Positions 52,370-63,200 of a DNA stretch of 64,000 nt are shown here, in pieces. The notes below the pieces were generated by a model. That model saw only the letters and a program-made list of their open reading frames with translations. It did not search any database and was not told the origin of the DNA. Source of the stretch: Paramoeba atlantica (taxonomy: Eukaryota > Protista > Discosea); NCBI GenBank assembly GCA_977017575.1, contig CDRNVI010000046.1:62001-126000 (forward strand), in the 5' to 3' direction. Each line of letters begins with the position of its first letter. The first letter of the stretch is position 1. A program made the position numbers and the translations under genes.

Positions 52370-53116
52370 CTACTCGGTGCCCCAGTTGTACGGGTTCTGG
52401 TTGTCCTCGACGCCCCACTCCACGTTGGACTGCGGGGGCTGTCCTGCGGCGCTGTCGGCGGCGGGGGCCGCGGCGGCCTGCTCCTCCTTCTTCTTCATCA
52501 CCTCATCTGGGTCGCGGTAGAAGAACAGGTCCGGGACCACCTCCCACGGGACGTACCGCGGCACCCGGCCTCGCATCCGCAGCACCTCCCGGGCCAGCAG
52601 CCACCACAGCAGCCCGATGCTGTGGGCGCCGCGGTTGTTGCAGGGGATCGCGACGTCGAGCTTCCCCATCGGGCTGTCGGTGTCGCAGAGGGCGAGGACG
52701 GGGATGTTGCAGTACGTGGCCTCGGTGATGGCCTGGTGGTCCGTGCGGGGGTCCGTCACAATGAGCAGGCGCGGCTGGCGGAAGGTCTTCTGCGCATGAT
52801 TGGTGAGCATCCCGGGGGTGAAGCGACCGGCAACATAGGTGGCACCGGTGTAGTGCGCAAACTTCAGCACGGCGCGTTGTCCAAGGAGGCGGGAGGAGAC
52901 GACCATGACGTCTTTGGGATTCTCAATGGCTACCACGATGCGAGCTGCGAGAATCAACTTTTCCCAAGTTCCGTAAAGATTGATAATATTGATGCCGTCA
53001 TCCTTTTTAGTGCCCGCAATGTACCGCTCAATACCGGAAGTTCGATTTTTGGTGCCGATGTGAACCTTGCAAGCTAGCATGCGCTGCACGTCCTCTGTGG
53101 TCAGGTCGAGAGCCAT
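52370..53116 (-). CDS. RPSA: 40S ribosomal protein SA (uS2)
   Basis: [56 protein letters not shown]. Confidence 0.99.
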   Translation of the reverse strand: MALDLTTEDVQRMLACKVHIGTKNRTSGIERYIAGTKKDDGINIINLYGTWEKLILAARIVVAIENPKDVMVVSSRLLGQRAVLKFAHYTGATYVAGRFTPGMLTNHAQKTFRQPRLLIVTDPRTDHQAITEATYCNIPVLALCDTDSPMGKLDVAIPCNNRGAHSIGLLWWLLAREVLRMRGRVPRYVPWEVVPDLFFYRDPDEVMKKKEEQAAAAPAADSAAGQPPQSNVEWGVEDNQNPYNWGTE

Positions 53117-53205
53117 GATATGCTAGAGAAACAGATGAATGGATTATAAGGTGAAAATCTAAAAAAAAAAAATTATTATAAGCAGAAAAAATAAAAAATG
53201 TGTAA
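53117..53205 (-). promoter_or_regulatory. Putative trans-splicing acceptor region of RPSA
   Basis: The minus strand has poly-T tracts followed by tttctctAGcatatcATG. Similar tracts precede other genes. Confidence 0.6.
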
Positions 53206-53723
53206 ACTCATGCAAGAGCATTTTAAACTTACACAAGTCAGGTACAAATAGAGATACACTACCGGGAATTGTGCATCATAAATATGATAAGAAAGAAAGA
53301 AAGAAAGCACTAAGCAAAACAATATCTTCATTCCCGTCTTCTATCTGACATTTGATACGTTCAATTCTATGCACATTCAAAATTCATATGAATACTGTAT
53401 GACCGGTCATAATATAAGAAAATTAAATAATCCCACAAAACGCCTGTCCTCTCCAAGCTTGCGAACGGGTGACGCGGGGACCACCTCGCACAACTTTAAC
53501 TGTCGCGAATTAACAAAGGAAACAAAGTCTTGAATTTATAATCACCATAGCAAACGTCATATTCGTCTGTATACACATGGGGTTACATCTGGGGGGTGTA
53601 TATCAAATCAGTTGAATTCTTACAACAGGTACAATGCCCCTCGGCCATCACACAATAGATAAACTGGCATAACGTAAATAATTTATTCGCCCAATTCTCT
53701 CCGTAAACTATGAAAGGGCGTAC

Positions 53724-55578
53724 TCCAGGAGGGGTGTCTAGGGGGGTGCCTAGGGGGTTGTCCAGGAGGGGGTTTCTAGGAGGGGGTGCCTAGGGGGGGA
53801 TGTCTAGGAAGGGTGTCCAGGGGTGGTTGTCCAGGGGAGGGGTGTCTAGGGGGATTGCCCAGGAGAGGAGTGTCTAGGGGGTTTGTCCAGGGGAGTGTCT
53901 GGGGGGGTGTCGAGTGGGGGTGTCTAGGCGGTTTGTCTAGGGGGTGTGTCCAGGGGGGGGTGCATGGGAGGGATGTCTAGGGGGGGTGTCCAGGAGGGTT
54001 GTCCAGGGGGGTGTCCAAGGGGGTGTCCAAAGGGGTGTCCAAGGGGCTGTCCAGGGGTGGTTGTCCAGGGGAGGGGTGTCTAGGGGGATTGTCCAGGAGA
54101 GGTGTATCTAGGGGGTTTGTCCAGGGGAGTGTCTCGGGGGGTGTCTAGGCGGTTTGTCTAGGGGGTGTGTCCAGGGGAGGGGTGCATGGGAGGGGTGTCT
54201 AGGGGGGGTGTCGAGGAGGGTTGTCCAGGGGGGTGTCCAGGGGGGTGTCCAGAGGGGTGTCCAGGGGGGTGTCCAGGGGTGGTTGTCCAGGAGGGGGTGT
54301 CTAGGGGGGTGCCTAGGGGGGCATGTCTAGGGGGGTGCCTAGGGGGGCATGTCTAGGGGGGTGCCTAGGGGGGTGTCTAGGCGGTTTGTCTAGGGGGTGT
54401 GTCCAGGGGAGGGGTGCATGGGAGGGGTGTCTAGGGGGGGTGTCGAGGAGGGTTGTCCAGGGGGGTGTCCAGGGGGGTGTCCAGGGGTGGTTGTCCAGGG
54501 GAGGGGTGTCTAGGGGGATTGTCCAGGAGAGGTGTATCTAGGGGGTTTGTCCAGGGGAGTGTCTGGGGGGGTGTCTAGGCGGTTTGTCTAGGGGGTGTGT
54601 CCAGGGGAGGGGTGCATGGGAGGGGTGTCTAGGGGGGGTGTCGAGGAGGGTTGTCCAGGGGGGTGTCCAGGGGGGTGTCCAGGGGGGTGTCCAGGGGTGG
54701 TTGTCCAGGGGAGGGGTGTCTAGGGGGATTGTCCAGGAGAGGTGTATCTAGGGGGTTTGTCCAGGGGAGTGTTTGGGGGGGTGTCTAGGGGGTTTGTGTA
54801 GGGGGGGTGTCGAGGAGGGTTGTCCAGGGGGGTGTCCAGAGGGGTGTCCAGGGGGGTGTCCACACCCAGGGGGGTGTCCAGGGGTGGTTGTCCAGGAGGG
54901 GGTGTCTAGGGGGGTGCCTAGGGGGGCATGTCTAGGGGGGTGCCTAGGGGGGTGTCTAGGCGGTTTGTCTAGGGCGTGTGTCCTGGGGGGGGGTGCATGG
55001 GAGGGGTGCCTAGGGGGGTGTCCAGGGGGGTTGTCCAGGAGAGGTGTATCTAGGGGGTTTGTCCAGGGGAGTGTCTGGGGGGGTGTCTAGTGGGATTGTC
55101 CAGGGGGGTGTCCAGGGGGGTGTCCAGGGGGGTGTCCAGGAGGGGGTGTCTAGTGGGGTGCCTAGGGGGGTTGTCTAGGGGGTGTCCAAGGGGTTTGTCC
55201 AGCAGGGGTGTCTAGGGGGTATCTAAGGGTTTGTGCAGCAGACGTGTCTAGGGGGTGTCTAGGAGGGGTTGTCTAGGAGGGGTTGTCTAGGAGGGGTTGT
55301 CTAGGGGGGTGCCTAGGAGGGGGTGTTTAGGGAGGATGTCTAGGAGGGGTGTCTAAGAGGGTGTCTAGGGGGGTTGTCCAGGGGGTTGTCTGGGGGGGAG
55401 TCTAGGGGGGTGTCTAGGAGGGGTTGTCTGGGAGGGGGTGTTTAGGGAGGATGTCTAGGAGGGGTGTCCAAGAGGGTGTCTAGGGGGGTTGTCCAGGGGG
55501 TTGGCTACGGGGGAGTCTAGCGGGGGGGTCTAGGGGGGTGTCCAGGAGGTGTGTCTAGGGGGTGTCTAGGGGGGTGCC
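53724..55578 (+). repeat. G-rich degenerate tandem array (10-13-bp units such as GTCCAGGGGGGT / GTCTAGGGGGGT), with about 200-230-bp higher-order blocks
   Basis: Continuous G-run units on the plus strand. The block starting CCAGGGGAGGGGTGCATGG recurs at 54171, 54403 and 54601. Confidence 0.95.
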
Positions 55579-56068
55579 TTATGTCGATCAACATTTCGTC
55601 GGTCGTTAAAAAAAACACGCACCAGAATTTCATTTCGTGTGTATAGCCAAATATAAGTTATAATATAATATTCTGAAATAATTGAACTGAGATAATGCAC
55701 CCTACTCTTGTAATACGATATCAGAAACAGTTTTGTATAGGACTACTTTTGTATAAAACTTTCCCATTGAAAGAACTACTATCTAGTGTAAAGCTAAATC
55801 AATATAAATACGAATGGGCGGTTTGCGCCCGGCCGCAAAAATAATGCAAAGATCGTATATAGAAATACTATTAGAAAACAAATGAGGGCCAAAGAAGTTT
55901 TCTGCACTCGGGCGTCACCGCTCCCAATGTTCCAAATTTTGCATTGAGCAGTGCGAGGCAGCAGGCACACAAATCGTCGCGACTGAAGTTGTGAAATCAC
56001 AAAGCTTTGATGTGCATGTTTGCGAGAACTGCAAGCTGGAACCACGCGCAGCAAGCAGCTGAGCGCCA

Positions 56069-56722
56069 AGAAATTCACGGATCCTTGCTGTCATAAACGT
56101 GAATCAAAATAGCAAAAGAAGAAGCAATAACTCAAGTATAAATATAACTTCCTTCAATTCAGCCAAAAATATCAGTTTCCCATTTTCTCTCATCTTCTGT
56201 CATAAACGAATCAAAAACATCACAGAATCAATTGTATCTAACGAACGGGCTTCATGCCCACCACGTCGCGAAATGGTTGGGGGTTGGGTGGGTGGGCACG
56301 CTTATGTAGTTTTAAAGTTGGAAGGATACTAAACAATATAATCCTAATTTAAATCCAAATCGTTCATATGCATCTTTACGTATTTAAATGGGGGGTGTAT
56401 AAACGAAGGGTGTATAAACAGGGGATGGGGGAATATGCTTGGGAAAGGACGTGCAATACCCCCCATCCACAAAAATAAGAACTTCAGTTATAGTATCCTA
56501 AATTTCATATCGTAAACTCATAGAAATTCACGGATCCTTCCTGTCATAAACGTGAATCAAAATAGCAAAAGAAGAAGCAATAACTCAAGTATAAATATAA
56601 CTTCCTTCAATTCAGCCAAAAATATCAGTTTCCCATTTTCTCTCATCTTCTGTCATAAACGAATCAACATCACAGAATCAATTGTATCTAACGAACGGGC
56701 TTCATGCCCACCACGTCGCGAA
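56069..56722 (-). repeat. Split direct repeat block 1 (56069-56272 and 56522-56722)
   Basis: 204/201-bp near-identical copies separated by a 249-bp spacer. Confidence 0.9.
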
Positions 56723-57166
56723 CCAACCCGTTCGCACGTCACTCACGCACTCCACTTCTCCTCTCTCCTCGCTCCCCTGACTCTCTCCTCGCTCCCCTGA
56801 CTCTCCCTCACACGCCAACAACACAACACACATCTCCCTCACTACTGCTCCTCCAGGCACCCTTTCACACGTCGTGCAACTACAGTCAGCAAAAAAACCG
56901 TTCGAATGTTTCGGTTTTTTTTCTTTTGTATAGAGCTATTGATTAAATATCACCGTTGCGCTGGTAATGTGTGCTAGTAGTGTAGGCATGAGTGTCACCT
57001 AATAGTACCCTTAGATAGTTCACCTCAGTTCGTTCTACCAAAGAAATAAGAATGAATATAAAAAAGTTTAGCATTCGAAAGGTTTTTTTGCTACCTATTA
57101 TAGAGAAAATCTTGTCTCAAAAAATAGATGAAACGTAATCGCCCAAGAGAGATTATGCCCGTAAAA

Positions 57167-57845
57167 TTAGTATTTAGTATTCCCCCCACGAGCCTTCAGC
57201 ACTTCCTTCATACGGGCAGGCATACTGTCCACCTGGGCACGACATACTGAGGGTGGTATGTTCGCCCATTCCATTTTTACCCTCTCCCACAACTCTCGGA
57301 CCCCGCTTGGTGGATCATCGTGCGCTGCAAGGCGCCGCTTGAGTTCCCCCCAAACGTTTTCGATTGGATTTAAGTCAGGGGACTGCGGGGGCCACCGCAT
57401 GACTTCAAACCCGGTACCCCGGAGGTGCCGTTGCGCACAATGGCTTGTGTGCTTGGGGTCATTACCTTGTTGGAAGATGACCATTGGGGGGTCTAGACCC
57501 ACAGTTTCGATGGAGGGGGCAAGAATCTCTTCAAGAATCTCGACGTACTGTGTGGCGTTCAGGTTCCCTTGAACTAGAAGCACATGCCCCACACCGCTTC
57601 GGGACATGCACGCCCAAATCATGATGTGCCCCCCTCCGTACTTTACCGTGGGAATTACCCCTTTTTCACCCAGTTCCTCCCCCGGGGTCCCCCATGTCCA
57701 AAGACTTCCCCGACAGCGGTGTGTCTATGAGGTCCATCTCTGATACAGTAAATTTAAGTATCTCAACAATTTCTATGATATTAAAAAAAGAAAGGCCTGA
57801 TACTCTCAGGATGCAGGGTGGACGCCCTCGAAAGCTTTCCGAGCC
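57167..57845. pseudogene. Rearranged canonical Tc1 transposase remnant
   Basis: Minus 57690-57167 encodes PTVKYGGGHIMIWAC..FQQGNDPKH..SPDLNPIENVW. Plus 57694-57845 encodes an HTH (SISTISMILKK..GGRPRKLS). Confidence 0.85.
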
Positions 57846-58259
57846 GTGCACTGTAAACGGTACAAAGTATTGGATGGTAGGCATCTTGCACGCGGTATCC
57901 TCGGATACTTTCTCAATTACATTGCACTTTAAGAGTTCGTGAATGTCAGATGGCACCAGATTCCCTTTAATAGGTGGTTCAGGTTGCGGTGCAACTCTAG
58001 TACAAAATAACTTATTAATGACAGTGTTAAAACGGTTACGCGTATCCGTCCGCATCCATTCCTTAATCTTAACCAAATCCATGCTCGGAATGCCCTCTTT
58101 CACATGAAGGGGAAATTCCATATCCTTCGCCTGCGCCAATCGAGATGTTCGTCGCGTGCACAGAATGCTATAACATTTAACATGCGGGATTTGTTCCATG
58201 CATCTGTCAACATCGCTCTGCGTTATTAGATAGATAGATAGATGAGGCTTATTATCCAA
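57846..58259 (-). pseudogene. Fragment of a YR-retrotransposon pol ORF (pre-RT region)
   Basis: AKDMEFPLHVK..SDIHELLK..QYFVPFTV aligns with AKDFEIPLHVK..SDIALLLK..QFIIPFTV in the 60907..62505 ORF. Confidence 0.8.
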
Positions 58260-58629
58260 CTAGGGGACGTAGCCGCCGGAGACAGCCGGTTCTTTTCCAA
58301 TTGTACTGCTTTTGTGCTGTGTGAGCCATGCTATGTTTCCATAGAGTTCATATACTACGCTGACGAATCAGCGTAGCAATGCAGGCAATCACTTTATCAG
58401 CGGCAGATAAAAAAGATTCCGAATGGCTTGCACCCTAGTTGTTTGGTATCTTGCTGTATTCGATACCGGGTGGTGTCACTCACGCATGGCCAGAAGGATG
58501 GCGAGGAGGGCGGGGACGGCGGCAGGAAGGACCGTCGAAGGGGACGGCGACGGTGGGGACGGAGATGAGACGGTGGGGGTGGCAATGGTGGCGGCGGAGG
58601 GGGACGGCGGAAGGGGAGGTGGGGCGGGA

Positions 58630-58745
58630 GCGTGGCGGGTGGCGCGGCGGGGGCGTGGCGGGTGGTGCGGCGGGGGCGTGGCGGGTGGCGCGGCGGGAGC
58701 GTGGCGGGTGGCGCAGCGGGGGCGTGGCGGGGAGCGCGGCGGGTG
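58630..58745 (+). repeat. GC-rich 23-bp minisatellite, about 5 copies
   Basis: GCGTGGCGGGTGGCGCGGCGGGG-type units start at 58630, 58653, 58676, 58699 and 58722. Confidence 0.85.
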
Positions 58746-58792
58746 GGGAAAACGGCGGGTAGCGGGGCGATGAGCGGGGATAGGATCGGTTA

Positions 58793-59383
58793 GTGCCTCG
58801 AAATGAGATATATTTATATACTGATGGGGCACTGTCTACCAAAAAACAAGAAATAGCCACAGGTTGTGCATTCGTATTGGTAAGACTTGGCAAAGAAAAA
58901 CTCATGATAGGCATGCGCCCGCCGGAAGATGTACCTCCCACCGTCATGGCAGCTGAAGCTTACGGGGCATTCGCTGCATTACAGTTCTCTATGGAAATTC
59001 CCGGGATGTTGTCATACACACAGATTCTCATAATCTCTGGGAGTTTTTCCACATACATATGCATCAAAAATCGATTAACAGGATTTAATAATTTTGAGCA
59101 TTCAAACCTCTTCAGACAGATTAGCCGAGCATGTAATAAACTTGAGTCAGATGCTAGAAATGTCTACTGCATTAAAGTTCGAGCACACGAAGGGAACCCG
59201 CACAATGAGAGTGCTGATTTGGTGGCAAAAAAGGCGATCGATACAATTGAAGCAGGTTCCTCATTTACGTATCGAGAGCCCAAGGCCGTATCCAACGGAA
59301 AAAAGAAAGTTCAAAATTGCCCTAACAGAACAACAAGGTACAGAGGGCAGTACATAGGGTTAGCCTGGGACCCCGTGTACTAG
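58793..59383 (+). pseudogene. RNase HI domain fragment (non-LTR/cellular type)
   Basis: LYTDGA, AAEAYG and KVRAHEGNPHNESADLVAKKA. The third acidic residue is replaced (IISGS). Confidence 0.8.
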
Positions 59384-59427
59384 CCAAGCTGAAGCGCGAT
59401 CGATTCGGTACAATCACATTTTCCCAA

Positions 59428-59872
59428 TTGGAGACGGCGGTGGGGCGTCTCCTCTACGCTTCAGCGGGACTCGGTTGCGTTATTCCTCGTTTTCACTTCA
59501 CACTCAAGATAGCGAGACGCAGAATCAATCTACTCAATCGTAATTTACATCTCGCGGATGACCCGGTTTCCCTCCCGAAACATACGCGGTGCATTTTGGC
59601 ATCTTGGAGAGATGAACTTTTGACGAATACGCCGATCGAGCCTCCACCGCACCCGGATGTTGTGCCCCATAAACATAGTCTCTACACGGATGCCTCTGGC
59701 AAGGGATGGGGTGCGGTACTTTATCTTGATGATGGACAAGTTCATATTACAGGGGATTCTTGGCCAAGAAAATTTTGCTATGAAGTTAACCATGTCGAAG
59801 CCATGGCCGTTTCTAATGCCATGAGGGATTTCGGACATCATTTTCAAAAAGGAACGTGTTTAGATCTGTTCA
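59428..59872 (+). pseudogene. Inverted fragment of YR-retrotransposon RT thumb/RNase H
   Basis: LETAVGRLLYAS..LYTDASGKGWG..GTCLDLF is homologous to the 60907 element but on the opposite strand. Confidence 0.85.
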
Positions 59873-59884
59873 ACAAGGTACTCT

Positions 59885-60095
59885 GCGTTATTGGAGTCGC
59901 AATCGAGCCGAAGCTCGATGTGTACCTAGGACTCTTGCCGTCGTGACGAGGTTCGCGTTGTAGCGCAAGAGGGAGGTGACGTTTTGATGTTTCGCTATGT
60001 TTTTTACGTCGTCGATTGTTAGCTTTCCGCGAGCGACTTCCTGGAAGAGGTGTGTAACCGCTCCGCGTTTGATCGAATGTGCCGAAATTCGGGCC
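59885..60095 (-). pseudogene. C-terminal tyrosine recombinase fragment (not in ORF track)
   Basis: Manual translation HSIKRGAVTHLFQEVARGKLTIDDVKNIAKHQNVTSLLRYNANLVTTARVLG matches the YR at 62502..63191. Confidence 0.85.
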
Positions 60096-60906
60096 TAGAA
60101 ATCCAGGTCGGGCTGCTCATAAAACATCTAGTAGAACTAGTATATAAAAATATATGGAAGCAATAATAAGAAATTTGAAGACTGCTGATTTCTCAATGAT
60201 CTTACGAAGATATATCTTTCCTGTAGTGTATTTATGGAAATAAACCCAAGAGACTAAGTGAGATCGTCATAACCTATCATAATCAATGCTAAAAGAGTAC
60301 CAAATAAACTAATAACGTTGTGAACGGGAATGCCCGTCCGCGCAACCCGCAGCCAAATGGTTGGGGGCTGGTGGGTGGGCACAAAAACTAGTGGTAACGT
60401 TCGGATGAAAATAGTCTCTAAAATAGTCAAATAATTGTGTATATGTCAAATTGTTCATGATTAGAAAAAACGGTGATATAATTCGAATAATATTCCTAAG
60501 CCCAAAACTACAACAGTATGGAGCATAATGTTTGCCCTCCTGAATTTCAAATCGTAAACTTATAGAAATCCAGGTCGGGCTGCTCATAAAACATCTAGTA
60601 GAACTAGTATATAAAAATATATGGAAGCAATAATAAGAAATTTGAAGACTGCTGATTTCTCAATGATCTTACGAAGATATACAGTATCTTTCCTGTAGTG
60701 TATTTATGGAAATAAACCCAAGAGACTAAGTGAGATCGTCATAACCTATCATAATCAATGCTAAAAGAGTACCAAATAAACTAATAACGTTGTGAACGGG
60801 AATGCCCGTCCGCGCAACCCGCAGCCAACCAACCCGATCACTAGTTACATTTAACACTACCCGAGCACTCGTGATATTCCTTGGGGAACTTCTCCTAAGT
60901 TCCAGG

Positions 60907-62505
60907 CTAAAATTTCCTGCTAATCGGGTCTGCTGGATTCTCTGACGAGGCAATGTAACGTGCCTGAATGCATATCCCTTTCCTTTTCGCTTCCTCTAAA
61001 ACCATGCGCAATTGACGTGCAATATTGTCCGACTTAGAAGTTTTCCTATTCAGTGCCTCTTTACATGAAGTGTTGTCCACAAAAAGATCCAGGCACGTTC
61101 CGCTTTCAAAATGCTCACCGAATTCTTCAAGGGCCAACCTTACAGCCGTAGCTTCAGCATTGTTTACTTCATACGTTGTTCCGGCTTCCCATGGCTTGCC
61201 TGTTATCAAAACCTCTCCTGTATCCAGATACAGAATCCCTCCCCACCCTTTGCGAGAAGCATCTGTGTAAAGACGATGTTTGTGAGGAACGAAATCTGGA
61301 TGAAGTGGAGCTTTAATCGGAGTATTTAATACTACCTCATCCCTCCATTGTGCCAAAATAATACGTGTTTTTCGTGGAAGGTCAACAGACTTATTACCTA
61401 TCCACGGACATCGATTCAACAAATTAATTCGTCGCTGAACAATCTTGACAGCGAAATGAAATCGCGGAATGACTATACCAAGCACAGCAGATGCGTACAG
61501 AAGGCGCCCCACCGCCGCCTCCAGATCTTTGAAGCTTAACGAGTAAAATCTGTCATTCTGCAACTTACGCACCACACGTGGTCCCAGGCTGACCTTGTGA
61601 TTGACGTGATCGTAATGAACTCCATTAAATACATAGTGCTGTGTCGGCTCATGACCTTTCTCCTTGAATTTTCCTCCCATCTCATCGCACCGTTTATCCA
61701 CAAAGCGTGCGTACTCCTGCGCTTGTTCCACAGTTCCCGAAAACCGAACTCCATCAACGTACACATCCATAGCTCCTCGTGTAAAAGCAGATTTAGCGCT
61801 ACACACTGTGATAAGTCCCCCAAGGGCGGAAGTTATCGTATGCATGATTTCTGGGGCACATCTATGCCCCATCGGAAGAACGTTCATTTCATAAGTACGG
61901 CCTTTTGATGAAAAGCGAAATTTACAACGCGCAGCTAGAGGAAGTGGTACTTGATAGAATCCACAGCTTAAATCTCTTTTCACTCCTATAGCGTCGTCAA
62001 CTCGATGCAAATATTTACTAGGATGAAGCAGGGGAACATCAGGGACATAATCTTTCAACCGGTCATTATCCCCGCGCGACCAAGATATAAATCTCCTCCG
62101 ATCGTGACCAAATTCGTCTTGTTCCACTACAGTAAACGGGATGATAAATTGAGCTGTAGGACGACGCTCTAATTCATCAGAAGAAACTTGAGAAATGATA
62201 CCGGCCTTCAAAAGAAGCGCAATATCGGACACAGGTAGAGAATTGAGTCCTTTCGGCTCTTTTTCAGCTATTTCAGGAACGTGTAGAAGTTCGTCCATAA
62301 CATTTTGAAAGCGCATCTTGGTTGGCAAGTCCATCCATCCTTTCACTACCTTTAGACCCATTAGAGGTGTATTCATTTTCACGTGTAATGGTATCTCAAA
62401 ATCTTTTGCCGTGGCCAGCTTAGACGAGCGCCGCGCGCAAGTAATCGAGTGCCGTTTCAAGTACGATACCTCAGAGTAAACTTGCTCCAACAGTTCAGCT
62501 GTCAT
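60907..62505 (-). CDS. Reverse transcriptase-RNase H (DIRS-group type); frame is open upstream to 63234
   Basis: KRDLSCGFYQ, LPMG and YVDG (variant of YxDD/N). RNase H motifs LYTDAS, AEATAV, FVDN and NPAD. Confidence 0.85.
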   Translation of the reverse strand: MTAELLEQVYSEVSYLKRHSITCARRSSKLATAKDFEIPLHVKMNTPLMGLKVVKGWMDLPTKMRFQNVMDELLHVPEIAEKEPKGLNSLPVSDIALLLKAGIISQVSSDELERRPTAQFIIPFTVVEQDEFGHDRRRFISWSRGDNDRLKDYVPDVPLLHPSKYLHRVDDAIGVKRDLSCGFYQVPLPLAARCKFRFSSKGRTYEMNVLPMGHRCAPEIMHTITSALGGLITVCSAKSAFTRGAMDVYVDGVRFSGTVEQAQEYARFVDKRCDEMGGKFKEKGHEPTQHYVFNGVHYDHVNHKVSLGPRVVRKLQNDRFYSLSFKDLEAAVGRLLYASAVLGIVIPRFHFAVKIVQRRINLLNRCPWIGNKSVDLPRKTRIILAQWRDEVVLNTPIKAPLHPDFVPHKHRLYTDASRKGWGGILYLDTGEVLITGKPWEAGTTYEVNNAEATAVRLALEEFGEHFESGTCLDLFVDNTSCKEALNRKTSKSDNIARQLRMVLEEAKRKGICIQARYIASSENPADPISRKF

Positions 62506-63191
62506 GCCGGGAGTCTCGCCGATACACGTTGCGTTCCGAGCGCTCTGGCCGTCGTTACTTGGTTTGCATTGTATCTTAACAGACTTTCGACATTTAAATG
62601 CTTGGTCATGTTCTGAACTTCTGATATCGTTAGATTCCCTTGAGCCACTTCCTGGAACAGCCACGTGATTGCACCCCTTTTTATTGAATGCGTCCCATAG
62701 CCATTTCCCAAGATTTCGCGTATTTTGCTGTCCATTCGAGATACCTCCGTGTAGCACATTCTGCACCTTTGGGGTATTCGTCTCATGTAGTCCGCTAACT
62801 CGGCAGTTCCGGGGCCCGTCACAATCGCGTACATATACGGTCGAAAGGGGTTCATTCTCGTTGACTTCGTTGCTCTTCCCCAGTAAATCACCACCTCTTC
62901 GGGAGTAACCTTTAATATCTGTTCTGTCGAGAGTTCCGCCGTTTCCGTCCAACGAGCTGCCGTTTTCCAGCACAAAAGAGCCGTCATGCTCTCGGATGTT
63001 GTTAGACTTCTTCTCAACCGTCTTAGAAGGACGGGAGTAATTGCAAGCATTTGTCTCTGTGGTTCTAGTCCGCCTTGCGCTTGCAACGCCTTTCCGTACA
63101 TCTTCAATGGGGTTGCTTCGGCCCCCATGAGCGTAATAAGAGTCTGCAGATTCCTTGCGTAGGCCAGTCGTGTCGACGTCGCCAGTTTCAA
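62502..63191 (-). CDS. Tyrosine recombinase (N-terminus interrupted)
   Basis: WKTAARWTE (Arg), HSIKRG, TKH and LLRY catalytic pattern. Confidence 0.88.
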   Translation of the reverse strand: MKLATSTRLAYARNLQTLITLMGAEATPLKMYGKALQAQGGLEPQRQMLAITPVLLRRLRRSLTTSESMTALLCWKTAARWTETAELSTEQILKVTPEEVVIYWGRATKSTRMNPFRPYMYAIVTGPGTAELADYMRRIPQRCRMCYTEVSRMDSKIREILGNGYGTHSIKRGAITWLFQEVAQGNLTISEVQNMTKHLNVESLLRYNANQVTTARALGTQRVSARLPA

Positions 63192-63200
63192 TGAGTCTAC

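Larger units (their letters stand above)
60097..63200 (-). mobile_element. VIPER/TATE-like tyrosine-recombinase retrotransposon, 5'-interrupted
   Basis: YR lies upstream of RT-RNase H. The 3' end is a split direct repeat (60097-60356 and 60564-60828, 207-bp spacer). Confidence 0.88.

Noticed and set aside
49661-53077. Long overlapping ORFs around bL27m, the CDK and RPSA
   Set aside because: Stop-codon scarcity in GC-rich DNA; the translations are low-complexity shadows.
53786-55090. Gly/Cys/Pro-rich ORFs
   Set aside because: Translations of the G-rich satellite.
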